Shown piece by piece: positions 54,440 to 64,000 of a stretch of 64,000 nt of DNA. The number at the start of each line of letters is the position of its first letter. The first letter of the stretch is position 1. The stretch is from NCBI GenBank assembly GCA_016180955.1, contig JACPAD010000001.1, positions 8,527-72,526 on the forward strand, written 5' to 3'. A program made the translations under genes and the position numbers. Source of the stretch: Candidatus Zambryskiibacteriota bacterium (lineage in GTDB: Bacteria; Patescibacteriota; Minisyncoccia; Phycocordibacterales; Zambryskibacteraceae). The notes beneath the pieces are model-generated. The model ran no database searches and was not told where the DNA came from. It saw only the letters and a program-made list of their open reading frames with translations.

Positions 54440-54730
54440 TTATCTCACTGTCAATTTTAAACCTAGCCCTTGAGTAACTTTCTTAAGAAACGAGAGAGTG
54501 GGATTAACTCTGCCTGATTCAAAACGTGCCAAGGCAGACTGGGTAACCCCGATCTTTCTAGCCAGTTCTTTTTGAGTTAGTTTGCCGTTAATGCGGGCCC
54601 TGACAATAGCATGAAATATTTCCCTCTCAAAAACTCTCTCATCCCAAATTTTTTTAAACTTAGGACTCCTAAGGAGCTTTTTCATGAGTTCTGTATGGGT
54701 AATCAATGTTTTGGGGTCTATCTTCTTCAT
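54440..54730 (-). CDS. XRE/HTH antitoxin (HigA-like)
   Basis: LTQKELARKIGVTQSALARFESG..NPTL. Confidence 0.88.
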   Translation of the reverse strand: MKKIDPKTLITHTELMKKLLRSPKFKKIWDERVFEREIFHAIVRARINGKLTQKELARKIGVTQSALARFESGRVNPTLSFLKKVTQGLGLKLTVR

Positions 54731-54738
54731 GGGTTTAA

Positions 54739-54756
54739 TATAGCATATATGCTATA
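54739..54756. promoter_or_regulatory. Perfect 18-bp palindrome between toxin and antitoxin (putative operator)
   Basis: TATAGCATATATGCTATA. Confidence 0.65.
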
Positions 54757-55069
54757 GACGTTCAACAAGTCTTTTTAGTTCTCTGGCTCGAGCTATATCT
54801 GCTTTAGCTAATGTCCGCCTCTTTTTAATGATCGCGTAGAGCAAATATACTTTATCTTCATAAAAGCAGTAGAAAATTCTAATTTGAATTTGTCCTAGAA
54901 TTCGCAATTCGAATAAACCTCTGCCGAGAGCTTTAGAGTATGGCATTCTTAAAAGATGACCGTGGTCGGCAAGGGCGTATATAAGACTGACCACTTGTTC
55001 TTCCAGATTAAAATCTAACTTATTTATAAATTTTCTGACTTCGGGAAGATAGATTACTTCTATTGTCAT
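54752..55069 (-). CDS. RelE/ParE (HigB/Gp49-like) toxin
   Basis: MPYSKAL..GLFELR....RIFYCF...LL...KK; toxin-first order. Confidence 0.88.
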   Translation of the reverse strand: MTIEVIYLPEVRKFINKLDFNLEEQVVSLIYALADHGHLLRMPYSKALGRGLFELRILGQIQIRIFYCFYEDKVYLLYAIIKKRRTLAKADIARARELKRLVERL

Positions 55070-55174
55070 TTTTTAGCGGTTTTTGTTGGTCCACAAGTTA
55101 TTCCACCAGCTTGAAGAGTCTTCTGTCATAGCTACATCATAGAGAGACCTAGCACTATTTTCTGTTCCGTTGAG

Positions 55175-56041
55175 TCATTCATGTTCGCTTCTTATCTTAC
55201 CTCCTAATGTTCGAAGTTCTTTGAGAGCCATTTGGGCTTCTTCTTTATTTGGTGGTTTGCCGTGCCAGCGATAGTCACGCTCAAATTCCTTCACACCTTT
55301 GCCGGGAATTGTGTGGGCAATAATAACGGTCGGTGTACCGAAAATGCCCGATGAGGCGTCGAAGGCGTCAACAATCTCTTCGATATTGTGCCCGTCGATT
55401 TCAATCACATGCCAGTTCCAGGCGCGCCATTTATCAGACAAGGACTCCAATGGCATCACGCTCTCGGTATAGCCGTCGATTTGAATATTATTCCTGTCTA
55501 CTACTGCCACCAGATTATGAAGCTTCTCCTTAGCCCCCAGCATGGCCGCTTCCCAGGTCTGGCCGCACTCCATTTCGCCGTCAGAGAGCAGAGCGTAAAT
55601 GCGCCGCGAGCTCGTGAGCCCGTGGTCAATTTTATCCGCGAGAGCCATGCCAACCGCCTGTGAGAGGCCGGAGCCAAGAGGGCCGGAACTAGTCTCAAGT
55701 ATGGGCAAGAAATCGCGATGCGGGTGGCCCTGCAGACGGCTACCGAACTTTCTCAAAGTTTTTAGCTCGCTTTTCGGGAAATAACCTGCATGAGCCATGG
55801 TGGCGTAGAGAAGCGGGCAGATGTGACCGTTCGAGAGTACCAGTCGGTCGCGCTCCGGCCAGTCTGGTTTTTCGGGCTTGTGTTTAAGGGTATGGAAAAA
55901 GAGGACGGTGAAGATATCCGCCATATCAAGCGGTCCCGCGGTGTGGCCAGAGCCGGCCACGAGCAACGATTCGATAATTGAGATGCGAATCTCATTCGCG
56001 ATGACTTCGAGCGCGACTATTTTGTCTTGAGCAAGTTCCAT
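55175..56041 (-). CDS. Transketolase, N-terminal subunit
   Basis: SGH, DRLVLSNGH, LQGHP, SGPLGSG, SDGE, TIPGKG, WHG. Confidence 0.94.
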   Translation of the reverse strand: MELAQDKIVALEVIANEIRISIIESLLVAGSGHTAGPLDMADIFTVLFFHTLKHKPEKPDWPERDRLVLSNGHICPLLYATMAHAGYFPKSELKTLRKFGSRLQGHPHRDFLPILETSSGPLGSGLSQAVGMALADKIDHGLTSSRRIYALLSDGEMECGQTWEAAMLGAKEKLHNLVAVVDRNNIQIDGYTESVMPLESLSDKWRAWNWHVIEIDGHNIEEIVDAFDASSGIFGTPTVIIAHTIPGKGVKEFERDYRWHGKPPNKEEAQMALKELRTLGGKIRSEHE

Positions 56042-56574
56042 AATTCTCTAAAATGAGCCCCTACAATCAACCTGTCCGCCCCGAGCTCGAGAAGTTTTTG
56101 ATAATTTCTTACATTAACTCCACCATCAACACTTATCGGCAGCTCAGGAAATTTTTCTTGAAGTGTTTTAATTCTACCAAATACTTTCTCATTCAGCGCA
56201 TGGCCCTGTTCCCCAATTTCGTCTATGGACATAAGGTGGACAAAATCTACGAAATTCAAAAAGGGTATGACTTCCTCAAGAGATTTGTCGAGCTCCACAG
56301 CAAGGCCTATTTCTGCTTGGCTCCGAAACTGCGCTAAGGAATTGCCGGCAGTGTGTACGCTCAACCTCTTCGCGCCCCTCTCAATCCATTTTGCCATGAG
56401 CTGTTCAGGCTCGCGGACCATCAAATGCACTTCAAAGTCTCTGTTATTCTCCATCCAAATATCTTCCTCCAAAACATCTATGTGAAAAAAAGTGATTTCG
56501 GCCGGCAGAAGAGAGAGCTTCTCCTTCAGGTCCTCCTCGCTCTTTGGCAAAATGGCGGGAATAATTTCATGCAT
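56017..56574 (-). CDS. rpe: Ribulose-phosphate 3-epimerase
   Basis: IIPAIL, HID, EVHLM, LMS, SVDGGVN. Confidence 0.88.
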   Translation of the reverse strand: MHEIIPAILPKSEEDLKEKLSLLPAEITFFHIDVLEEDIWMENNRDFEVHLMVREPEQLMAKWIERGAKRLSVHTAGNSLAQFRSQAEIGLAVELDKSLEEVIPFLNFVDFVHLMSIDEIGEQGHALNEKVFGRIKTLQEKFPELPISVDGGVNVRNYQKLLELGADRLIVGAHFRELWNLLKTK

Positions 56575-57043
56575 GGATGCGCTCCATTTTTTGAATTCTT
56601 CTTTGGTATTTCTCAATATTTTTAAAAGGAGTATCAAGCCACTCTTTAACAGCATTCCTCATTTCTTCTTCGGTAACAAACCTTGCACCGATAGAAAGGA
56701 GATTAGCGTTATTATCCGCTCGTGAAATTTTTATAATTGATTCGTGTTCTTCCATCACAATACAATTTCGCTCGCCGTAAAATACGGTGGCACGAACGTC
56801 GCGAAATTTATTAGCCGCCATTCCTTCACCTTGCCCGGACCCTCCAAGAACAATACCACGTACTTCGTTTGGTCTTTGCGACACCTCTCTCGCCACCGGG
56901 ATGATATAATCAGGATAATCATCATCCTCCTTAAATTCAAATGCGCCTTTATCATCGACTTCGTAGCCGAGTTCTTGTAAATATGGGACGAGCTTTTCTT
57001 TAAGCCCAAAGCCGGCGTGGTCTGCCCCTACATAGATTTTCAT
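56567..57043 (-). CDS. rpiB: Ribose-5-phosphate isomerase B
   Basis: GADHAG, DDYPD, GGSGQGE..AANK, NNAN. Confidence 0.92.
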   Translation of the reverse strand: MKIYVGADHAGFGLKEKLVPYLQELGYEVDDKGAFEFKEDDDYPDYIIPVAREVSQRPNEVRGIVLGGSGQGEGMAANKFRDVRATVFYGERNCIVMEEHESIIKISRADNNANLLSIGARFVTEEEMRNAVKEWLDTPFKNIEKYQRRIQKMERIHA

Positions 57044-57047
57044 ATCG

Positions 57048-58028
57048 TTAAATGTACAAACCCAGTTTAATAACGTGGTCCACCAGTGTATGAGTATATC
57101 CCATTTCATTATCGTACCATGAGTAGACGGCGCAAAGGTCCTTACCAGTAACGTGGGTTAAGGAAAGGTCAGCAACGGCGGCGTAAGGATTACCTATTAT
57201 GTCGGTAGATACTATTTGGTCGCGCGTGGTAGTGAGTATCCCATGCCAGCGCGGCTCCTTTGCCGCATTCTCAAGGATGGAGTTGATTTCATCAGGCGTA
57301 GTTTCTCTCTCCGAAACGAAGCAGATTGCCGAGAGCGAGCCAGTCGAGACGGGCACTCTCATGGCCACGCCGTCGAATTTGCCTAAAAGCTCGTGGACGG
57401 CGCGCCCGACAGCGATAGCTGCGCCCGTAGTCGAGGGCACGATATTGATGGCCGCGGCGCGACCGCGGCGATAATCCTCTCCTTTCGCTGGAGAATCTAC
57501 TAGAGATTGGGTGGCGGTATAGCCGTGAACAGTATTAAGAAAAGCTTTTTTGATGCCAAGCTTTTCGGAAAGTATTTGCATTATCGGAGAGGCAGAGTTG
57601 GTGGTGCAGGAGCCATTCGAGGTAATGACGCAAGCCTTTAAATCTTCTTCATTTACCCCCATCAGTACGGTCTTGCTGTCGGCCGTGTCATCATCTTTAG
57701 CTGGAGCGGTTATCACCACTCGCTTGGCGCCTGCTTGTATATGAGCTCGAGCTTTATTAAAACTTTCGAATGCGCCGGAAGATTCAACAACGATATCTAC
57801 TCCCAATTCTTTCCACGGAAGTTTGCTCGGGTCTTTTTCAGAGAGGAATTTGGCATCGAATTTGCCGCCCCAATTCCCGTAGATACTGTCGTATTTCAAA
57901 AGATATTCCAAATTTTCCAAATTGCCCAAATCGTTGACGGCAACGATTTGGAGCTCTGGCTTCTCTTTTGCTAACTTATAGAATGCCCTGCCTATCCGGC
58001 CGAATCCATTTATCGCAACGCGAGTCAT
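57048..58028 (-). CDS. gap: Glyceraldehyde-3-phosphate dehydrogenase, type I
   Basis: INGFGRIGR, SCTTN, STTGAA, WYDNE. Confidence 0.96.
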   Translation of the reverse strand: MTRVAINGFGRIGRAFYKLAKEKPELQIVAVNDLGNLENLEYLLKYDSIYGNWGGKFDAKFLSEKDPSKLPWKELGVDIVVESSGAFESFNKARAHIQAGAKRVVITAPAKDDDTADSKTVLMGVNEEDLKACVITSNGSCTTNSASPIMQILSEKLGIKKAFLNTVHGYTATQSLVDSPAKGEDYRRGRAAAINIVPSTTGAAIAVGRAVHELLGKFDGVAMRVPVSTGSLSAICFVSERETTPDEINSILENAAKEPRWHGILTTTRDQIVSTDIIGNPYAAVADLSLTHVTGKDLCAVYSWYDNEMGYTHTLVDHVIKLGLYI

Positions 58029-59053
58029 CCTTTGAATTGTAGCATGTCCTGCGTGATTTTCTTCTCTTCGTCGGTGTGGGCGCGGACGTCTACTTCATAA
58101 CTAGTGTTCTGACTCTCGAAAAAATTGACTAACTCGTAAACGTCGGTGGCGGTGCCCATCCACTTGGCCGGGTTGGTGGCGCCGTAATGCTTCGGAAGAC
58201 CGAGTTCCTCGAGGCGTCTGTCAGTGACGTATTGCACGTATTGATTGACGTACTCGGCGTTGAGACCCAAAATACCGTTCGGGAAAAGGTCTTTGTTGTA
58301 AGCGGTCTCAAGATTGACGCCCTCAATAATTAGATCCTTAATTTCCTTGGCAAATTCTTCCGTCAGAAGTTCGCTGTTCTCTTCGAGAATGGTGTGGACA
58401 AGATTAATGCCGAACTTAAGGTGGAGAGATTCGTCGCGGATGACCCAGTTAATCATCGAGCCGAAGTTCCGCAAGATATTTCTCTGGCGGAAAGAGAGCG
58501 CCACCATGAAGCCGGAGTAGAACCAGATGCCTTCCATCACAATATTAGTGGCGATTAAATTTCTGATGAAGTCCTTCTGGCCCTCTGAAGTGGAGATGTC
58601 AAGAGTGTCTTCTGTCATGCGCTTCATATACTTGTTGATGTAGCGCTCCTTGGCCTGCATCGATGGGATCTCGATATGAATGTTGAAAATTTTATCGCGC
58701 TCGAAGAACGGGAAAGTTTCGAGCACGTACTCGAAAGCCACACAATGATTAGCCTCCTCCCACATTTGCTTGGCGAGATAAAGATGGCACTCGGGACTTT
58801 TAAGATAAGGGTAAATGCCGAGGGCGATGGAGCGGTTAACGATAAGCTCCGCCGGATTAAAGAAAGCCATGAGGAATTTAACCGCATGTTGCTCGTCGTC
58901 CGTCATCTTCTCCCAATCCTGAATGTCTTCCTTGAGCGCTATTTCGTGCGGGAACCAAGTGTTCCTTACAGCCTGATTATAGAGGTCATACGCCCATTGG
59001 TAGCGCAAAGGGTGAAGATTGGTATCGTCAGGTGATGGTTTACCTATAAGCAT
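58025..59053 (-). CDS. nrdB: Ribonucleotide reductase beta subunit, class Ic-like
   Basis: W.P.EI, EEANH, EGIWFYSGF, RDESLH, NFFE...Y. Confidence 0.92.
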   Translation of the reverse strand: MLIGKPSPDDTNLHPLRYQWAYDLYNQAVRNTWFPHEIALKEDIQDWEKMTDDEQHAVKFLMAFFNPAELIVNRSIALGIYPYLKSPECHLYLAKQMWEEANHCVAFEYVLETFPFFERDKIFNIHIEIPSMQAKERYINKYMKRMTEDTLDISTSEGQKDFIRNLIATNIVMEGIWFYSGFMVALSFRQRNILRNFGSMINWVIRDESLHLKFGINLVHTILEENSELLTEEFAKEIKDLIIEGVNLETAYNKDLFPNGILGLNAEYVNQYVQYVTDRRLEELGLPKHYGATNPAKWMGTATDVYELVNFFESQNTSYEVDVRAHTDEEKKITQDMLQFKG

Positions 59054-59057
59054 TGGT

Positions 59058-59140
59058 TTAAATTTTCAATTTAGAATTTATAATTTTTATTAAATTTTCA
59101 ATTCATTAATTTTAAATTTTAAATTGAAAATTCTAAATTC
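59058..59140. repeat. AT-rich 7-nt periodic quasi-palindromic spacer between nrdA and nrdB
   Basis: TTTTCAA TTTAGAA TTTATAA ... TTTTAAA TTGAAAA TTCTAAA. Confidence 0.65.
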
Positions 59141-59144
59141 CATT

Positions 59145-61733
59145 TTACTGGCAGCTATCGCAGATTAAAGCATCACCCGGATCAGAAACGATGATATTCA
59201 ATTTAGGCTTTTCTTCAATATCGGTTTTCTTTTCCTCAACTACTGGCATTACTTCGGGCACCGTTACCATAACCGCTTCTCCTGACGCTATTGGCTCATT
59301 AAAGACCTTCTTGAACCCGGGAGTATCTTTAAGTCCCGAGAGCACAGCAAAGCCGCGTTTACCGATAACTTCTGCTTTGTTAACCCGCGTGGTGGACTGC
59401 TCGGCATTGTGGCGCGGCTTCATATGGAGATAGTAAGTGGATTTGAGCCCTTTCTCCCAGGCGGTTTTGTAGAGCTCCATAGTCTTGTCTATATCTCTGG
59501 TCTCAAGGTAAATATTTCTCGAGATGGCCTGATCGAACCATTTCTGCGCCCGGGCGGCTACCTCGACGTAAGCATAAGGAGAATTTGTAAAGGAGGTTTT
59601 GTAAACTTCGCGGATATGTTCTGGAATTTCTTCTATTTCGGAGATGTCGCCGCGATTCTCGATGATGCGCTCCTTAACGTAGTCCCAGAGGTCCATATTC
59701 TTGAGGTCTTTGACCAGATTATGGTTGATGTCGAGGTACTTGCCGGAGATTTTATTTCTAGAGAATACCTGCGAGAAGCGCGCATCCATGCCCGGCACGG
59801 TGCCGGCAAGGAGGCCGATATTGGCATTCGGAGCCACCGCCATAAGAGTAGCATTTCGGATGCCGTTTTTAACCTTATTACGCAAAATATCCCAATCAAG
59901 ACCGCGATGATGACTTGTTTTGTCAAGCTTTAGTTTAGTGCCGCGGTCTTCTTCCAAGACTCTGACGGAATCGATAGGAACCATGCCTTTACTCCAGCCA
60001 GAACCCGCAAAATTTTTATAAGCTCCGCGAATTTGAGCGAGGTTAGCGCTCTCGTCAATGGCCATATAGGAGACGAATTCAAAAATACGGTCGGCGAAGT
60101 TGTAGGCATGGATGCTGTCGTAAGCAAGGCCGAGCTTCTCGAAAATGTCTGCCACGCCCATAACGCCAAGACCGACGGCGCGGTTCTCGGAGTCGGATTT
60201 CCTTGCTTCCGGAAGAAGGAGAGTGTTGATGTCGACCAGATTATCAAGTATGCGCACGGCAAGACGCACTGTCTCCTCAAGCTTCTGCCAATTAACCTCT
60301 TTGTTTGAGACATGGGTAGCAAGGTTTACGGAAGCGAGATTGCAGACCGCGATATTCTCCTTGTCTTGAGGCAGACAAATCTCGGTGCATAGATTGGACA
60401 TATGAATGGTGCCAGTATTATTGTTGAGTGCGCGGAGATTAATGGCGTCTTTCCAAACAAGCCATGGGTGCGAAGTAGTCTGAAGCGAGACGAGCATTTT
60501 TCTAAATAATTCCTTAGCGGGCATTTTTTTATGGACACGCATTCTGCCTTGCTTTGCCATTTCAATATATTCGGCGTAGCGCTTGGAGAAGGCGGAGCCG
60601 TATAGTTCTACAAGGTCGGCAGTTTCTTTCGGGTCGAAGAGATACCATTCCTCGTCCGCGGCGACACGTTTCATAAACTCATCGGAAATATAAGCCGCGG
60701 TATTGGCCGTGCGCATACGGGCGTAGTCGTCGCCGGCATTATGCTTCCACTCTAGAAATTCCGTGAAGTCGAGATGCCAATTCTCCATGTAGAAACAAAG
60801 CGCTCCCAGCTTCTTGCCCCCGCGCTGAATAGCGCGGATGGCCGTATCCATAATCTTGGCAAATGGCGTCGGTCCGGTAGAGAAGCCACCTCCAGCGGCA
60901 GTCAAAGGAGAGCCGGAAGCGCGCAGTTTGGTCACGGACACTCCGAGCCCGCCGGACATTTTAGAAAGCATCATGACGTCGGAAACTGACTTGGCGATGT
61001 GCTCCATATCATCTTCAACTTGGAGTAAGAAACAGTTGGAGAGCGCGGGACGTGTGGTGCCGGCACCGAGATTACAGGAACCGCCAGTGATGAAATCCAT
61101 TTTGCTCATCTTGTGGTAGAAGAGCTTGGCCCATTTAGTCGGATTTTCTTCATTATAAGAAAGACCCATGGCTACGCGCATGAAGAAGTACTGGGGAGTT
61201 TCGATCGGTTCTTGTCTGGCATTCTTGATAGCATAACGATTTAAGAGTCCCGACAGTCCAGCATAAAGAAAAAGTTCATCGCGCGAAAGATCGAATGCGT
61301 GCGCCAGCTCCTTCAGATTAAACTTTTCCTTCATTCTCTTGTCGAGTCTGCCATGCTCAATTCCTTTTTCTATATAAATTGGAAAATATTCCCGATGCTT
61401 TTTCTCTAAAATCCTTGAGCTGTCTTCGTAATCGCCTAAAATTTTTTTGTAAACGGTCTTAAGGAGAAGTCTGGTGGCGATTTTGTCGTATTCAGGGTCG
61501 TGTTGGACATTCTGAATGGCGGCGTTGATGGTTGCCTTGTCCATTTCCTCGGTAGTAATACCGTCGTAGAGAGTAAGACGGGTCTCGGTAGCGACTTGAA
61601 TCACTTTGGAGATAGGGTCCTCAAGTCCGATAGTGGCGCGTTCGATGGAACGATTGATTTTATCGGCATTAAAGGACTCTTTAGTGCCGTCGCGGTGAGT
61701 GATTTGGATTGACATGAGTGATGGCTGGAACAT
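59145..61733 (-). CDS. nrdA: Ribonucleotide reductase alpha subunit with ATP cone (start may be 61715)
   Basis: ETPQ, SNCF, SNLCTEI, VCNLAS, APNA, GLKSTYYL, C-terminal CDSC. Confidence 0.95.
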   Translation of the reverse strand: MFQPSLMSIQITHRDGTKESFNADKINRSIERATIGLEDPISKVIQVATETRLTLYDGITTEEMDKATINAAIQNVQHDPEYDKIATRLLLKTVYKKILGDYEDSSRILEKKHREYFPIYIEKGIEHGRLDKRMKEKFNLKELAHAFDLSRDELFLYAGLSGLLNRYAIKNARQEPIETPQYFFMRVAMGLSYNEENPTKWAKLFYHKMSKMDFITGGSCNLGAGTTRPALSNCFLLQVEDDMEHIAKSVSDVMMLSKMSGGLGVSVTKLRASGSPLTAAGGGFSTGPTPFAKIMDTAIRAIQRGGKKLGALCFYMENWHLDFTEFLEWKHNAGDDYARMRTANTAAYISDEFMKRVAADEEWYLFDPKETADLVELYGSAFSKRYAEYIEMAKQGRMRVHKKMPAKELFRKMLVSLQTTSHPWLVWKDAINLRALNNNTGTIHMSNLCTEICLPQDKENIAVCNLASVNLATHVSNKEVNWQKLEETVRLAVRILDNLVDINTLLLPEARKSDSENRAVGLGVMGVADIFEKLGLAYDSIHAYNFADRIFEFVSYMAIDESANLAQIRGAYKNFAGSGWSKGMVPIDSVRVLEEDRGTKLKLDKTSHHRGLDWDILRNKVKNGIRNATLMAVAPNANIGLLAGTVPGMDARFSQVFSRNKISGKYLDINHNLVKDLKNMDLWDYVKERIIENRGDISEIEEIPEHIREVYKTSFTNSPYAYVEVAARAQKWFDQAISRNIYLETRDIDKTMELYKTAWEKGLKSTYYLHMKPRHNAEQSTTRVNKAEVIGKRGFAVLSGLKDTPGFKKVFNEPIASGEAVMVTVPEVMPVVEEKKTDIEEKPKLNIIVSDPGDALICDSCQ

Positions 61734-61770
61734 ATTTTGCAGTTAAGTATATTGTATATCAAATTAAATA

Positions 61771-62247
61771 CTATTTTTTCTGTAGATAAGATATAAATTG
61801 CCCTATGTCAATATCATACTTTTGCGCTTCTCCCGCTGGTATTTCCAAAACATATTTTATGTTGTCTGGTGGATAGAAAGCTTTCGGATAGGTATTAGGG
61901 TTTATTAATCTTTCAATTCCTACAACCTTCCAATTCTCATCAATCCAGACGATGTCTATCGGAAAGTGCATGTTCTTCATCCAGAAGCCATACTTAGCCG
62001 GCTCATCGAAGATAAAAAGCACTCCGTGTCCGGTCTCTAAAGTCCCTTTGTCCGAAAGTCCTTGCGCTCTCTCTTCTTCAGTATCAGCAATCTCGACTTC
62101 AATATTATTTTTACCTACAACTACATAGGTCCGACCTATGTAGTTTTGATAATGTACCGGTGCTGACTTTTGTAAAAATGCATAGAAAGACCAGAGGATA
62201 ATAGAGAGACCAATAATTAAAAAGAAAGCGTTTTTCAGAGAATTCAT
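61771..62247 (-). CDS. DUF192 family protein
   Basis: VEIADT..ERAQGL, FWMKNM.FPIDI, YVLEI.AG. Confidence 0.9.
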   Translation of the reverse strand: MNSLKNAFFLIIGLSIILWSFYAFLQKSAPVHYQNYIGRTYVVVGKNNIEVEIADTEEERAQGLSDKGTLETGHGVLFIFDEPAKYGFWMKNMHFPIDIVWIDENWKVVGIERLINPNTYPKAFYPPDNIKYVLEIPAGEAQKYDIDIGQFISYLQKK

Positions 62248-62260
62248 TACTTGAATTATA

Positions 62261-62290
62261 ACAAAAAAGCCCCTCTCGGGGCTTTTTTGT
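62261..62290. terminator. Intrinsic terminator after RRM gene
   Basis: ACAAAAAAGCCCC-TCTC-GGGGCTTTTTTGT. Confidence 0.85.
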
Positions 62291-62578
62291 TTACATCGGG
62301 CGGCGGTTCATGCCGTTGCCGTTGCGAGGCTCGAGCGGACGAGCGACATTGACAGTCAGCTTCCTTCCTTCGAAGTCCTGACCGTTGTACATCTCGATCG
62401 CCTTCTGGGCCTCTTCATCAGACGCCATTTCGACGAATCCAAAACCCTTGGACCTGCCGGTCATGCGGTCAATGATGATAGCCGTAGAAACGACGGAACC
62501 TGCTTTGGCAAATGTTTCGCCCAAAGCGGCTTCAGTCGTGGAATAAGGAATCCCTCCGACGTATAACTTGGTACTCAT
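62291..62578 (-). CDS. RRM (RNP-1) RNA-binding protein
   Basis: KLYVGGI (RNP2), KGFGFVEM (RNP1), LTVNVARP. Confidence 0.95.
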   Translation of the reverse strand: MSTKLYVGGIPYSTTEAALGETFAKAGSVVSTAIIIDRMTGRSKGFGFVEMASDEEAQKAIEMYNGQDFEGRKLTVNVARPLEPRNGNGMNRRPM

Positions 62579-62692
62579 TTAACTTAACTTATTGCCGGCC
62601 TTTCTAATAAAGCATGTAAGCGCCGGGCCTATCTCATCTCAAGAAACCTCTCAACGAGAACCTTACACAATCTAACTATATCATACCTCGAT

Positions 62693-62899
62693 TTAGAAGA
62701 AAAGCCTTTTAAGCCAATTCTTTAATTTGTTCCAAACCAAATATCTTATACCTAATATCTCCAAACCTACTACCAACAAAAAGCCCACCGGGGTAAAGGG
62801 GGTAATAACGGAGATCAAGCCGATGATAACAAGGAGTACCCCGATCGCTCTCCTCAACCTCGGATTCTCCCCTAAAAATTTTCTAATTTTTTCTCTCAA
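62693..62899 (-). CDS. Small membrane protein (PGPGW-like)
   Basis: Two hydrophobic segments around TPFTPVG. Confidence 0.6.
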   Translation of the reverse strand: MREKIRKFLGENPRLRRAIGVLLVIIGLISVITPFTPVGFLLVVGLEILGIRYLVWNKLKNWLKRLFF

Positions 62900-62905
62900 A
62901 ATATA

Positions 62906-63673
62906 CTATTCCTTTTTGGCGAGTAATGAGATACTCTTGACACCGAAATCCCTAGTTGCTCCCTGGGCTGATTTGGATAGGAAACTGTATTGGGAATTCT
63001 TTCTTACTTTTTTAATTTCTAATCCAGCGTTTTGAATATATTGTTTGTAGGTATCTTCCTGTGCGGCTCCACCTATACAGGATGCCCATATGTCTATATC
63101 GCAGACTATTTTTTCGGTCAACTGTTTTTCTGTAACAATATCTGATATAGCTAGCCGGCCGCCCTTTTTCAGCACACGGGCTATTTCCTGAAAAACTTTC
63201 TCTTTTTCAGCCGATAAATTAATAACCCCGTTCGAAATCACCACATCAAATATTTCTTTTTCCTCGGGGAGTGTTTCAATATATCCCTTTTTGAATATTA
63301 TATTAGAAAATCCGGCTTGATTCTTAAGTTCTTCGGCTTTGGAAAGTTGCTCATCGGTCATGTCCAACCCCACAACTTTTCCGTCGCTGCCCGTTTTTAA
63401 CCCAGCAATAAATGTATCCATTCCCGAACCTGAACCTAAATCAAGCACGGTTTCACCCGGTTTGATATCAGCCATATCAAAGTGATAACCAACTCCGGCA
63501 AAAGATTCAGTGGAAGCAGTAGGAATTCTATCCAAATCCGCTTTAGGATATCCTAATTTTTCTGCCAAAGCGCGTCCCATTTCAAAATGAAATTTGCCTT
63601 GCGGATTTTCGGCCACGGCTTTATACATTTCTTTAACCTTGTTTTGGAGTTTTTTAGTATCTATTTGTACCAT
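62906..63673 (-). CDS. SAM-dependent methyltransferase, ArsM-like
   Basis: ESFAGVG, VLDLGSGSGMD, DVVISNGVINL, WASCIGGA. Confidence 0.82.
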   Translation of the reverse strand: MVQIDTKKLQNKVKEMYKAVAENPQGKFHFEMGRALAEKLGYPKADLDRIPTASTESFAGVGYHFDMADIKPGETVLDLGSGSGMDTFIAGLKTGSDGKVVGLDMTDEQLSKAEELKNQAGFSNIIFKKGYIETLPEEKEIFDVVISNGVINLSAEKEKVFQEIARVLKKGGRLAISDIVTEKQLTEKIVCDIDIWASCIGGAAQEDTYKQYIQNAGLEIKKVRKNSQYSFLSKSAQGATRDFGVKSISLLAKKE

Positions 63674-63738
63674 AATTTTGATAAGTATTATTTTCTTCCA
63701 TTATATCAATATAAAAAAATACTTGCAAAAAATTATTG

Positions 63739-63774
63739 AAAAAATCCACTAAAATTTGTGGTAGTGGATTTTTT
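63739..63774. terminator. Hairpin between upstream gene and methyltransferase
   Basis: AAAAAATCCACTA-10 nt-TAGTGGATTTTTT. Confidence 0.55.
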
Positions 63775-63798
63775 TCAAATAGTAGTTCTTGCCTGGAG

Positions 63799-63999
63799 TT
63801 AAGGATTTTTCTTTTGTGAGGGCTGGTAAGTCTTTTGCCATTCTTCACAAGTGTAGCTGCCTGTGTAATTAGGCTCGCATGGAGAATGATTCTGCAGTTG
63901 TGGATGACTTCTGTCCCAAATTACATTTCTAAAAGGCGAGGCCGCAAGATTCAAAACAATCATAACTGCTAAAGAAATGCCGAGCCAAGAAAATGCGTA
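63799..63999 (-). CDS. 3' end of membrane-anchored hypothetical protein (starts outside window)
   Basis: Open frame ...YAFSWLGISLAVMIVLNLAA...CEPNYTGSYTCEEW...KKNP*. Confidence 0.55.
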   Translation of the reverse strand, partial: YAFSWLGISLAVMIVLNLAASPFRNVIWDRSHPQLQNHSPCEPNYTGSYTCEEWQKTYQPSQKKNP

Positions 64000-64000
64000 T

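Noticed and set aside
55072..55129. 18-codon ORF (MTEDSSSWWNNLWTNKNR) upstream of the toxin
   Set aside because: Too short, with no SD or other support
62906..63673. Arsenic resistance operon
   Set aside because: ArsM-like gene has no adjacent ars genes and the ArsR gene is about 59 kb away; substrate cannot be assigned from motifs

Overview
Core-chromosome segment of a small-genome bacterium. Gene content and style (trimmed translation proteins, fermentative carbon genes, PaaX-like and NYN proteins) point to Patescibacteria/CPR, Parcubacteria-like; this is an inference. It carries aminoacyl-tRNA synthetases (trpS, aspS, gltX, cysS, fused pheS), scpAB, cell-wall and division genes, dnaB/recR/gyrB/xer, ribosomal proteins and factors, a copper ATPase, a gap-rpiB-rpe-tkt-fba-pfkB cluster, nrdAB and two tRNAs. 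The unusual layer is non-genic. (1) Several families of 16-57 nt palindromes with co-varying stems occur between genes and in frame inside housekeeping genes (scpB, recR, copB twice, murG, rsmH, rpmE, scpA). (2) A GIY-YIG nuclease gene is wedged between a palindrome-interrupted tRNA-Glu 5' half and an intact tRNA-Glu. (3) Two regulator genes (ArsR and a PaaX/Cas2-like protein) are each bracketed by two copies of their own palindrome. (4) An unannotated ~118-nt rod-shaped ncRNA candidate lies back-to-back with a ~35-nt RNA candidate that faces a NYN RNase gene. (5) Several orphan genes sit in self-contained promoter-gene-terminator cassettes. All calls come from motif reading by eye; no database searches were run.
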